Assembly: GCA_039811685.1 (NCBI GenBank)
Contig: JBDHZC010000003.1
Coordinates: 32,001 to 96,000 of the forward strand
Origin: Armatimonadota bacterium
GTDB lineage: Bacteria; Armatimonadota; UBA5829; DSUL01
Reading direction: 5' to 3'
DNA: 64,000 nucleotides
The notes under the pieces are model-generated. The model was given only the letters and a program-made list of their open reading frames with translations, was not told the DNA's origin and did not search any database. The position numbers and the translations under genes were made by a program. Every line of letters starts with the position of its first letter. The first letter of the stretch is position 1. Below are positions 44,739 to 54,046 of this stretch, in pieces.

Positions 44739-47690
44739 ATGGACTGGAAGGCGCGATGGATCTGGCTTGACGGGGAGACGAACCCCTGGAATTTCTGGCT
44801 TTGCGCCCGTAAGACCTTTGACCTGGCGGATGTTCCGGGCGACGCGCAGATTCACATAACTGCCGATACGCGCTATGTGCTGTGGGTGAACGGGGAGCGA
44901 CTCGGGCAGGGTCCGGTTCGTGCCTGGCCTCAGACGTGGAGATACGACACTTACGATCTGCGCGGGCGCCTAAAAGCGGGGCGCAACACGGTCGCGGTTC
45001 TTGTTCTCCATTATGGAATCGGCACGTTTCAGTCTTTGCCCACGCGCGGCGGGCTGCTGGCGCAGGTAGAGGTGGACGGCAACGTAGTTGCCGCGACAGA
45101 TAGTTCGTGGAAGCTCGCCGAGCACACCGGATACGCCAGAGCCACTCCTCAGATTACCTGTCAGCAACCCTGGACAGAGCACTTCAACGCTTTCTGGGAA
45201 CAGGTTAGCTGGCAGGATATTGATCTGGACGAGGAGTCCAGCCGAAAGTGGCACCTCGGCGAGACGATTGTCAAACAGCCGGTTATCTGGCAGAGCTCTG
45301 ACTTTGACGATAGCCGCTGGCAGAGCGCTGTGGATGTGGGGCCTGTGGGCTGCCAGCCGTGGACGAGCGTACTGCCGCGGGATGTCCCGTTTCTGACCGA
45401 AGAGCCTCTGTACCCCGTCAATGTGATGCGGGCGCGCGTGGTGCGTCAGGCGGATGTCTGGTCGGTCCGCCTGCGTGAGACTCTTCTGCCGGGTTACGAG
45501 GACGCCAACCAGGCAAGCCTGTGCGGATTCCTGGTAACTGTTATTGAAGTCGAGCACGAAACTCACTTCACGCTCTACACACCGCCTGGCGGCAACTACG
45601 CTCCCGGACAGTTGCGCGTAAACGGGAAGGATGTCCAACGCGAAAACGGCACGGATCTGCGCTACGATCACGGACACACCTTCCGTTTCACTCTCTCGCC
45701 GGGGAAAAACCTGCTGGTCTGGGATGTAACAGGGCGCTATCACGGGTGGGCTGCGGCTTTTGCCGTTGAGACCGATCCTCCATCAGAAGGCCAATGGAAT
45801 GAGACTTTCCCGTTCTTTGTGACATACGGCCCGTTTGAATCTTCCGAGGACGCGGACTTTCAGGGAGTCTGGAACGCTGTCCACGAGAGCGACCTGGATA
45901 GTTACGAAAAGTATCTGAAACAAGCCCTGCGCACTGACGATCACGTCCAGATGATCACCGCTCACGCTCATCCTGTCGCCGATCTACCCGTGCGCCCGTA
46001 CGCTGCTCTGTGTTCCTCAACGGAAGATTTTGCCGAAATAGAGCCAAGCCCGGACGGAGACACTGAGATTCTACTGGATTTCGGGCGTATGACTGTCGGC
46101 TACTGGGAGCTGGATCTCGATGCGCCCGAGGGAGCCGTGCTGGACATGCTCGGCTTTGAAGCCATTCAGAATGGCGCGCTGGATTTGACGTGGGGGCTGA
46201 ATAACGCCCTGCGCTATACCACGCGCGCGGGCCTCCAGACCTACCATTCGGTCTTACGCCGCGGCTGCCGCTACATTCTACTCACCATCCGCGATTTGAA
46301 AGGGCCGCTCCGCATACGCCGTATCCGTACGCTTCTGAACACCTATCCAGTTGTCGATCGTGGCAGCTTTATGTGTGACGATGCTTTGTTGAACCAGATA
46401 TGGGAGATGGGGCGCTGGACAACGCGTCTGTGTTCTGAAGACACCTATGTAGATTGCCCGACCTACGAACAGACTTTCTGGGTTGGTGATGCGCGCAACG
46501 AAGGGGCAGTCAACCACTATGCTTTTGGCGAATACGCGCTCTCTCGCCGTTGCCTGATTCTGGCAGCCGAGTCTATGGAGCGCTCCCCGCTGGTTGAATC
46601 TCAGGTCCCCTCTTCGTGGGAAGACATTTTGCCCACCTGGAGTCTGTTGTGGGTGCTGGCGTGTCAGGAATACTATCAGCTCACAGCGGATCGAGCTTTT
46701 CTGGAGTCAGTCTATCCGTATGTGAGCCGGCAGAATGCGCACTGTCTGACACAAAAGGGTGAGGACGGTCTTGTCCGGCTGGTGGGTTGGAATCTGCTCG
46801 ACTGGGCGCCGCTGGATACTCCCTCAGACGGTGCGTGCACCCACACCATAGCGTGGCTGACAATGTGCCTGGAGAGTCAGGCTGAGATGGCGAAGGTGTT
46901 GGGGCGGGAAGAGGAAGTGGAGCCGCTTCTGGAGCAGCGCCGGGCGCTCGTTGACGCAATGAATGAGCGCCTTTGGGATGAGGACCGGCAGGCGTACATT
47001 GACAGTATTCACGCTGATGGCTCTCGCAGCGCAACTGTCAGCCAGCAGACAAATACCATTGTTGTGCTGACCGGGTGTGCTCCGCCGGAGCGCGACGCCG
47101 CTATTCGCCGCCTGCTGACGGAAAAACCGGAAGATGTCGTCGGAGTTGGCAGTCCCTTCTTCATGTTCTTTACATTCGAAGCTCTCGCTAAGTTGGGACG
47201 CTTCGAAGATATCTTGGGCCTAACGCGACAGTGGTGGGGTTTTATGCTCAGCACGGGCGCTACGACGTGCTGGGAAACTTTTCCGGGGTTTGAGCCGGCC
47301 GGCCGATGGACCCGCAGTCACTGCCACGCATGGAGCGCGGCGCCGACTTTCTTCCAGAGCCGCTACCAGCTTGGAGTGGCCGCGCTTGAGGACGGATTTG
47401 CACGGGCGCTTATCGCTCCTGAGCCTGCCGGGCTGAAGTGGGCGCGCGGTTCAGTGCCAACCCCGCACGGCGAGATTTCGGTAGATTGGCATATCAGCGA
47501 TTCCAGTGTGCAGATGCAGGTCGGTCTGCCTCACGGTGTGGAAGCAGAAATCGTCTTGCCAGTGGACGCCGGCAGAACGACGGCGCTGAAAGTTTCAGGC
47601 GCAGAAGATGTCGGCCGCAGCAACGGCAGGCCGCGGTTTACAGCGGCTCCGGGAGCAAGAGTGGACATCGAAGCCGCATTGCAGGCGTAA
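44739..47690 (+). CDS. Alpha-L-rhamnosidase family (GH78) glycoside hydrolase
   Basis: WKARWIW, ITADTRY.L.VNG, LDFGR, VDCPTYEQ.FWVGD, GATTCWE, SHCHAWS and VPTPHG motifs. Confidence 0.9.
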   Translation: MDWKARWIWLDGETNPWNFWLCARKTFDLADVPGDAQIHITADTRYVLWVNGERLGQGPVRAWPQTWRYDTYDLRGRLKAGRNTVAVLVLHYGIGTFQSLPTRGGLLAQVEVDGNVVAATDSSWKLAEHTGYARATPQITCQQPWTEHFNAFWEQVSWQDIDLDEESSRKWHLGETIVKQPVIWQSSDFDDSRWQSAVDVGPVGCQPWTSVLPRDVPFLTEEPLYPVNVMRARVVRQADVWSVRLRETLLPGYEDANQASLCGFLVTVIEVEHETHFTLYTPPGGNYAPGQLRVNGKDVQRENGTDLRYDHGHTFRFTLSPGKNLLVWDVTGRYHGWAAAFAVETDPPSEGQWNETFPFFVTYGPFESSEDADFQGVWNAVHESDLDSYEKYLKQALRTDDHVQMITAHAHPVADLPVRPYAALCSSTEDFAEIEPSPDGDTEILLDFGRMTVGYWELDLDAPEGAVLDMLGFEAIQNGALDLTWGLNNALRYTTRAGLQTYHSVLRRGCRYILLTIRDLKGPLRIRRIRTLLNTYPVVDRGSFMCDDALLNQIWEMGRWTTRLCSEDTYVDCPTYEQTFWVGDARNEGAVNHYAFGEYALSRRCLILAAESMERSPLVESQVPSSWEDILPTWSLLWVLACQEYYQLTADRAFLESVYPYVSRQNAHCLTQKGEDGLVRLVGWNLLDWAPLDTPSDGACTHTIAWLTMCLESQAEMAKVLGREEEVEPLLEQRRALVDAMNERLWDEDRQAYIDSIHADGSRSATVSQQTNTIVVLTGCAPPERDAAIRRLLTEKPEDVVGVGSPFFMFFTFEALAKLGRFEDILGLTRQWWGFMLSTGATTCWETFPGFEPAGRWTRSHCHAWSAAPTFFQSRYQLGVAALEDGFARALIAPEPAGLKWARGSVPTPHGEISVDWHISDSSVQMQVGLPHGVEAEIVLPVDAGRTTALKVSGAEDVGRSNGRPRFTAAPGARVDIEAALQA

Positions 47691-47723
47691 CGGCCTTCTG
47701 GCGGGAAAGGACAGCGGAACCAG

Positions 47724-48344
47724 ATGTCGAAACGAGTAGGCTGGTCGCGCAGTCAGGACGAGGGAAAGGCGCGGACGGCCTTCTGGGACTGGTTTCAGGA
47801 GAACTGCTCTCTGCTCGGCTCTGTACGCACGGGGCAGGAGCCAGTCTATGCGCAGTTGATCACCCAGATTAGACGCGTTCACGAGGGGCTGCTGTGCGAG
47901 TTCAGCGTGCACTCAGACCAGGAGGCCCAGATGGTAATCAGCGCGGGCGGAGACCCGGATGTTTTCCCCGCTGTTGAGCGCCTTGTTGCCGTCGCGCCTG
48001 ATATCCCGGGATGGAAGATCACCGCCTTTCGTCAGCGCCGCAGTATGGACGATGTCAATCTGCGTATTGAGGATACTGCTGTGAAGCAGACGGACCTCTG
48101 GTATTCCTCAGAGCCTCACGCAAATCTGCTCGGCCTGAACATTTATGTGCGCGGGCTGAAGGACAGCAACGTGGACGTTCTGGCAAACGCGGTATTTCTG
48201 TTCCTGGACTATACGCTGGGTGAGTACGACGCCACCACCAGAGTCAAGGTCCTGGAGTTGCAGAGCCTGCCTCCGAGTCCGGGAGAAATGGGCCTCCGCC
48301 CGCTGAGCGATCTGCCTGGAGAAGTAGACAGCTACTTTCGCTAG
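47724..48344 (+). CDS. Conserved hypothetical protein (DUF695-associated type)
   Basis: FW.WF, ISAGG...F..V..LV..AP....W...AFR and LDY.LGE motifs. Confidence 0.65.
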   Translation: MSKRVGWSRSQDEGKARTAFWDWFQENCSLLGSVRTGQEPVYAQLITQIRRVHEGLLCEFSVHSDQEAQMVISAGGDPDVFPAVERLVAVAPDIPGWKITAFRQRRSMDDVNLRIEDTAVKQTDLWYSSEPHANLLGLNIYVRGLKDSNVDVLANAVFLFLDYTLGEYDATTRVKVLELQSLPPSPGEMGLRPLSDLPGEVDSYFR

Positions 48345-48367
48345 ACCGGCGCAGTCAAGCTGGCGTC

Positions 48368-49165
48368 TCAGTCCATAGGATACACAATTCTACGTCGTCT
48401 CTCGTAGCGGACCAGCTCTCTATAGCCAGCTTCTCGAGCGAGCTCTCGCGCTCGATCAAAGTCGCGACTCAGGTGAGCGCTCTCGTGCGCATCGGCATTG
48501 ATGAGCAGTGGAATGTTGCGATCACGGGCAGCCTTCAAGAGCGAGAGCGACGGGTAGGCCTCTCCGACGGGTTTGTGCCAGCCGGCCGTGTTGATCTCAA
48601 TGGCCATGTCAGCTTTCGAAATGGCATCAAGCGCCGCGATCGCCTGCTGCGAAAAATCTACACTCGGCCGGAAGCCAAATTTCTTTGGCAGGTCCAGATG
48701 AGCGGCGAAGTCAAACACGCGTGAGCTTGCCATCTCAGCGATCTGTTTCCAGTACCCTTCCCAGACGTCGTTGATCTGGTCCTGTGTCAAAGCTTCCCAG
48801 TCTCTCGCGTCCGCGTCAATGGCAAACTCACCAAGAAAGTGCACAGAGCCTATCACATAGTCAAACGGGTGCAGCGCCAGCCGTTCTTCGAGCGATGAAA
48901 TGGTCTCCGGGATAAAGTCCGCTTCTATGCCGGTTCTAATGATAAGATGACTCTGCCGCGAACCCGCCTGCTTTAGCGCGCTCACGTACTCATCGAGAAA
49001 ACCGAGAGGCATAGACCACTCTGGCTCGTGCCCGTCTGGCCGCACCACGTAGTGGTCAGAAAGGCCGAACTCATCCAACCCCTGCTCAATCGCCGCCTGA
49101 ATCTGCTCTTCGAGCGTTGGGAGGCCGTCACTCCAGAGCGTGTGATTGTGATAGGAGGTAACCAT
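48368..49165 (-). CDS. hisJ: PHP-family histidinol-phosphatase
   Basis: YHNHT, GLSDH, GIEAD, DYVIGSVH, AHLDLPKKF, EINTAG and DAH motifs; true start is ATG 49165. Confidence 0.85.
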   Translation of the reverse strand: MVTSYHNHTLWSDGLPTLEEQIQAAIEQGLDEFGLSDHYVVRPDGHEPEWSMPLGFLDEYVSALKQAGSRQSHLIIRTGIEADFIPETISSLEERLALHPFDYVIGSVHFLGEFAIDADARDWEALTQDQINDVWEGYWKQIAEMASSRVFDFAAHLDLPKKFGFRPSVDFSQQAIAALDAISKADMAIEINTAGWHKPVGEAYPSLSLLKAARDRNIPLLINADAHESAHLSRDFDRARELAREAGYRELVRYERRRRIVYPMD

Positions 49166-49214
49166 ATGAGCGGAGTGTAGCGGAGCGGTAGAAGTACGGC
49201 AACTGCGCTGTCCT

Positions 49215-49937
49215 GTGCTCACCTCCCTCTCACTTGCCCAAAGCACACACTCACTCACGTCAGGCAAAGGAACCCGCAGCGAGTCTTTAGGCGTTATCTC
49301 TCTCAGAGTGTCCCTGAATTCCACCAGAGCCCTTGTCAATACAGCGATTGCCGCAGGCATTGTGCTTGTGCTTGCCGCAAGCGCCAGTTTCTATCTGAGC
49401 CTGCGCAGCTCCCTCGCGCGCCCGAAGCTCAACATTGACGCCTCACGCACCGAAGTGATTCGCCAGATTCGCGGCATCAGCCGTCTGGAAACAGCCTCAT
49501 TCACCGTGGAGAAGATCATCGAGGCCGGGACAGATGGCAATGTGTTTCAGGAGATTCTCTACGGGGACCGGATTCTCCTGATAGCGCATGGAGAGGTTGT
49601 CGCAGGTTTCGATCTCTCAGGTCTTTCCGGCCGGGATGTCCGGATAACGCAGGGCTCGCTGACACTGAACCTCCCGCCCCCGCGTATCCTGTTTGTGCGT
49701 CTGGACAACTCCCGCACGCGTGTGTATGACCGCAAACGCGGATTGCTTTCACGCGGAGATAAAGACCTGGAATCAAAGGCGCGGGTGGTCGCGGAAAACT
49801 CCATTCGCTCGGCTGCCTGCGAGGGCGGAATCCTGTCGCAAGCCTCAAAACAGGCAGCTCGCCAACTTGCAGCGCTGTTCAGATCAGCGGGCTTTGAGTC
49901 TGTGCGGGTGAATATTCCAGATACCGTCTGTGACTGA
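49215..49937 (+). CDS. DUF4230 domain protein
   Basis: N-terminal TM; LET, LLIA.GEV.AGFDL, LP.P.I and A...GIL..A motifs; start uncertain. Confidence 0.8.
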   Translation: MLTSLSLAQSTHSLTSGKGTRSESLGVISLRVSLNSTRALVNTAIAAGIVLVLAASASFYLSLRSSLARPKLNIDASRTEVIRQIRGISRLETASFTVEKIIEAGTDGNVFQEILYGDRILLIAHGEVVAGFDLSGLSGRDVRITQGSLTLNLPPPRILFVRLDNSRTRVYDRKRGLLSRGDKDLESKARVVAENSIRSAACEGGILSQASKQAARQLAALFRSAGFESVRVNIPDTVCD

Positions 49938-49942
49938 AGGCG

Positions 49943-50944
49943 CTAAGCGACGGCTTTTTGTGTGTACTCCTCCAGCAGCCGCAGAAACAGCCGGTAGTCT
50001 TCAAGGGAAACTCCCGGCGGCGTTTGATGATCTACAGACGGGATGAAATAGCCACTCTTCATCACCGGCATCAACCGTTCGAACTCCTGCCGCATGCGCT
50101 CCTCGCCAAGATGCATTACCGTTTTGTCAAATCCACCCATCAGCTTCCATTCGGGGTGGTTGCGGCGGATTCTGTTTACGTCAACGCCCGCCATTCTCTC
50201 CAGCGGCAGAATGCCTTCCAGTCCGACGGACTCAAACCACGGAATGAGAGGTTCGATGTCTCCGTCCGAGTCGATGATCGGAACAATGCCGTGATCTTTC
50301 AGGCGCGGAACGACCTGTTGATAGTAGGGTGAAAGAAACTCATCGAAGAGCTTGCGGGAGACCATCGGACCGTGGTTGTAAGACATGTCCTCAGCAAAGG
50401 TCATGAAATCGGGCGTGCAGACCTCGCAAAACGTGTCAATGCAGCGCAGCATGTGGCGAGTCTGATCCTCATTAATGCGATGCATCAGATCACTTTCATC
50501 GTAGAAGGCGTACATGTGTGGCTCGATCCCGAAGAGTTCTCGTGGCCACCAGAAAAATCCCGAAAGTGTCACCCAGACCACAACGCTGCCCTCTTCCTGC
50601 TCAACCCTCCAGCGCGCGATCACGTCCCGGTCAAACAGCCCCTGATCGGGATAGAGAAATGGTCTGAGACGTTCGTAGTCCTGGGCATTGCTGATCCAGC
50701 CCTGGCCGTGCTCCGTGGGCCTGTTCGGAGCGCCGGGGAGGATCTGTGGAAACCAGTGCTGATAATCCACATCCAGATTGAAATAGCGCTTGATCGCATG
50801 GCCGTCCAGGTCCTGCGGAAGCCCTTCAGTGTGCCAGCGCTGGATTGTCTTGTCCCACCACACAGCCCATTCCATGCGCGGTAGATGATCCTCTGGCGCC
50901 TCTCCCCGCATAGCCTTTTGAAACCTTGATCGAACTGTTTCCAC
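49943..50944 (-). CDS. URO-D family protein (second copy)
   Basis: TIQRWH.EGLP, GFFW.PR, AEDMSYNHGP, DSDG, PLE..AG.D, GGFDK and PSVDHQTPP motifs. Confidence 0.85.
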   Translation of the reverse strand: METVRSRFQKAMRGEAPEDHLPRMEWAVWWDKTIQRWHTEGLPQDLDGHAIKRYFNLDVDYQHWFPQILPGAPNRPTEHGQGWISNAQDYERLRPFLYPDQGLFDRDVIARWRVEQEEGSVVVWVTLSGFFWWPRELFGIEPHMYAFYDESDLMHRINEDQTRHMLRCIDTFCEVCTPDFMTFAEDMSYNHGPMVSRKLFDEFLSPYYQQVVPRLKDHGIVPIIDSDGDIEPLIPWFESVGLEGILPLERMAGVDVNRIRRNHPEWKLMGGFDKTVMHLGEERMRQEFERLMPVMKSGYFIPSVDHQTPPGVSLEDYRLFLRLLEEYTQKAVA

Positions 50945-51297
50945 TTATCCCTCCGGCACATTCGCATCTGCGGCTGTGCAAGCGCTTTCCCTAATCAGGA
51001 AAGCCATTCCTGCAGATAATAAGAACTGCGCACCGCCAAAACCAGGTTCTTCGCTGGACAAGAGGCTTCTCGCGTTGTCTCGTCTCTCTGCACGGGCTAC
51101 GAATGAGAGGCTAATTTACAGCATCGTTTCTGATTGGCACGGATTTTGCACTTGATATTTCTGATATGTGAGCAGGCTCGGCTGTTGTTGGGACAGTTCG
51201 GGCTGAGCGTTTTTTGATTTCGTCCGCATCGCCACGAAAGGATGACTTTGTTGTTCGCGGTGGCGGGCAGATGTTGCGATACAAAGGAGGCAGGAGT

Positions 51298-52068
51298 ATG
51301 ATACGACGCGGATTGATAGCCGCAGCCGCCGCGCTGGCGCTTGTCGCCGGTATGGGACAAATCGCTTCCGCTCAGGGTGGCGTAAACTTTCTGGTAGTAA
51401 TCAACAATCTGGGACCGCAGCCGCTTTCGCCGATTTTCCTGGCGACAGGCAACTCCGGCTACGACATTTTTACGCTGGGGCAGCCCGCCTCGCCTGCGCT
51501 TCAGGCGATCGCGGAAAGTGGTGATGTGGCGCCGCTACAGGCTGATGCCGCGGCTGCACAGACTGCTGGCAATGTGGCGGATCATCAGGTGGTGCATCCT
51601 GGCTCTCCTCTGCCGGCCGGCCAGTCCGCCTTCACGTTCATCGTCGCTGACCCTGCGCACCCGTGGTTGTCGCTTGTCTCGATGCTGGGTTTGAGCAATG
51701 ACGCCTTTGTGGGCTTCAGCTACGGCGCGACGGACAGAGGCGTGAACCTTTTCCCCAACGGAACGCCTTTGAACGCTCACTTCACCCTGTCATTCCTGGA
51801 CGCATGGGACGCTGGGACCGAGGTGAACGATGAGCTGAGCGCCAATCTGGTCGCTTACGGTGGCAACGGGCACGTGGCGGAGAATGGTGTTGTTACGGGG
51901 CCGCACCCTGGGCTGACCGGAAACGGCGCCATACCGCTGAGCGCGAACTGGTACGGACGCGACATCGCCCGCGTCACCATTATCCCGACCGTAATTCCAG
52001 AGCCGGCGACAATGACCGTGCTGGGTATGGGTCTGGCGAGCCTGCTGATTCGCAAGCGTTCTCGCTAA
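51298..52068 (+). CDS. Spondin_N-domain protein with PEP-CTERM sorting signal
   Basis: Signal peptide; PLSP, AESGD, SML..SNDAF and DAGTEVN motifs; C-terminal IPEPATMTVLGMGLASLLIRKRSR. Confidence 0.88.
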   Translation: MIRRGLIAAAAALALVAGMGQIASAQGGVNFLVVINNLGPQPLSPIFLATGNSGYDIFTLGQPASPALQAIAESGDVAPLQADAAAAQTAGNVADHQVVHPGSPLPAGQSAFTFIVADPAHPWLSLVSMLGLSNDAFVGFSYGATDRGVNLFPNGTPLNAHFTLSFLDAWDAGTEVNDELSANLVAYGGNGHVAENGVVTGPHPGLTGNGAIPLSANWYGRDIARVTIIPTVIPEPATMTVLGMGLASLLIRKRSR

Positions 52069-52094
52069 CGCATTTACTCTGGATTAGCATAGTG

Positions 52095-52130
52095 AAAGCC
52101 CTCGATCTGTTCGGATCGAGGGCTTTTTTT
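52095..52130 (+). terminator. Intrinsic terminator
   Basis: AAAGCCCTCGATC...GATCGAGGGCTTT followed by a T-run. Confidence 0.9.
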
Positions 52131-52205
52131 CTGTGTTGTATCTCTTCCAGATGCCCTTTGCTTGTTCGGAGCCAAGTATTGAACGATTCTGCAGCGCTTC
52201 CTGCT

Positions 52206-53951
52206 CTACTGCGCTGTTGAGCGCGCCAGATGATCGAGCTGCTGGGCAATCAACCTCATCAGCGGTTCAATTGTCTCAGTGTCAAATCTGAACTGGCATC
52301 CCGCCCGTTCAAACAGATCCGGCAGAGGCCTGGAACCACCCAGTTCCAAAGCCGTCTGATAGTCACGCAGCGCCTTCACTTTGTCCTGGCGTGAGTTGCG
52401 CCACACCTGCAGCGCCCCAAGTTGGGCAATACCATACTCCACGTAGTAGAACGGTGAGAGGAAGATGTGAAGCTGGCGGTGCCAGAGATTGGCTCGCGCC
52501 TCCTCATATCCACTGTAATCTACGTCACCGCCAAAGCGGTTCATCAGCTCCTCGAAGGCTCGCGTGCGCTCTTCGCGGGAGTGACCCGGATGCGTATAAA
52601 TCCAGTGCTGAAAAGCATCAACTGTCGCCATCCACGGGAAGAAGCTGATGATACCTTCCAGATGCGTCTTGCGAGCGCGATCGGCTTCATCGCGCGGATA
52701 AAACTCTTCCAGAAACTCGCTGCCAAGAAGCTCCATAGACATCGAAGCCACCTCGCAAAACTCCAGTGGCGCGTGCCGATAGGTGAACAAATCCTCGTCC
52801 TGTGTAGCCAGTGCGTGGAAAGCGTGTCCGGATTCGTGCAGCATCGTCTCGACGTCTCTTTGCACGCCAACAGCGTTCATGAAGATGAACGGCAATCGGG
52901 CTTCTGAGAGAGTTGACTGATAGCCACCGGGAGCTTTGCCTTTCCTGTTGTCGAGGTCGAGAAGATGTAGATCGCGCATTTTTCCAAAACCGCGAGACAG
53001 ACCGCCATCGAGCCTCTCAAAGATGGCCTGCGTTTTGCTCACCAGCTCTCCAACGTTTTCAAACGGCTTGAGCGCAGGCCGGTTGAGCGGATCAACCGCC
53101 ATATCCCACGGGCGAAGCGCGCCCACGTTCATCTGCCCTCTGCGCTCGGCCTGCAGTTTGCGGACCGCCGGCATAATTGAGCGCTCGACCGCCTCATGAA
53201 AACTCAGGCAGTCCTGTGGCGTGTAATCGAAGCGCGCCTTCGCCTTGAACGCATAGTCACGGTAGTTTTCGAAGCCCGCGTTGTGCGCAATTTGTTCACG
53301 TATCTTTACGAGCTGATCGAATATCTCTTCAAAGCGCTCTCGCTCCTGCAGCCGCCTTGCCGACACCAGTTCCCACACTTCCTGGCGAAGCGCCCTGTCC
53401 GGCTCTTCCAGAAACTTGCCCATCTGCGTCAGCGTCATCTCTTCGCTGCGGAAGCTCACAGTGAGTGATCCGGACAACTCCTGATACTGCTGTTCGAGCT
53501 TAGCTTCTTCCGTTTGCAGCGGGACGTTCTCCTCGCGAAACAGCTCCACGTGAAGCCTTGCGTATCTGTCGTAGATTTCATAGCGCGGAGTTGGGAGTTG
53601 GCTGCGCAGGGGATGCTGCACGTATATCTGGGACAGCTTGAACTCGCGCGGTTTGATTCTGGGTTCAATCTGTTCCACAAAGCGCAGATAGGCTTCTTTG
53701 GCCTCTTCGCTGTCGGTGTGACAAGTCATTGCGATGTAGAGACGCGTGCTCTGTTCGTCCAGGGCCGCTCCCATTTCTTCGTGGTTACAGATCCATTTTT
53801 GGAAAAGCTCAAGCGTCGAAGCCTGAGCCGCCTGCTCTTCCAGACGGTCGTACAGAGACTCAATTGTGTCCCAGGACGACAGATCAGCGTCAGCCGGGAC
53901 AAAAGTGCGCTCCTTAAACGGAGCGAGCTGACCAAACGGTAAAAGACTCAT
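52206..53951 (-). CDS. M3-family oligoendopeptidase
   Basis: KGKAPGGY, HESGH zinc motif, EVASMSME and PFYYVEYGIAQLGA. Confidence 0.93.
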   Translation of the reverse strand: MSLLPFGQLAPFKERTFVPADADLSSWDTIESLYDRLEEQAAQASTLELFQKWICNHEEMGAALDEQSTRLYIAMTCHTDSEEAKEAYLRFVEQIEPRIKPREFKLSQIYVQHPLRSQLPTPRYEIYDRYARLHVELFREENVPLQTEEAKLEQQYQELSGSLTVSFRSEEMTLTQMGKFLEEPDRALRQEVWELVSARRLQERERFEEIFDQLVKIREQIAHNAGFENYRDYAFKAKARFDYTPQDCLSFHEAVERSIMPAVRKLQAERRGQMNVGALRPWDMAVDPLNRPALKPFENVGELVSKTQAIFERLDGGLSRGFGKMRDLHLLDLDNRKGKAPGGYQSTLSEARLPFIFMNAVGVQRDVETMLHESGHAFHALATQDEDLFTYRHAPLEFCEVASMSMELLGSEFLEEFYPRDEADRARKTHLEGIISFFPWMATVDAFQHWIYTHPGHSREERTRAFEELMNRFGGDVDYSGYEEARANLWHRQLHIFLSPFYYVEYGIAQLGALQVWRNSRQDKVKALRDYQTALELGGSRPLPDLFERAGCQFRFDTETIEPLMRLIAQQLDHLARSTAQ

Positions 53952-54046
53952 GTTTCACAGCATACCCTCTAAGACCGTTGCTCAGCCAGAGATACGCTGT
54001 CACCCGAAAGATGCCGCACCAGGCGCTGTTTGGTCACAATGGTTCT

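Noticed and set aside
49166..49360. ORF-track N-terminal extension of hisJ overlapping DUF4230 (similar extensions at 8926, 27169, 30827)
   Set aside because: Family motifs begin at downstream starts; the extensions are longest-ORF artefacts
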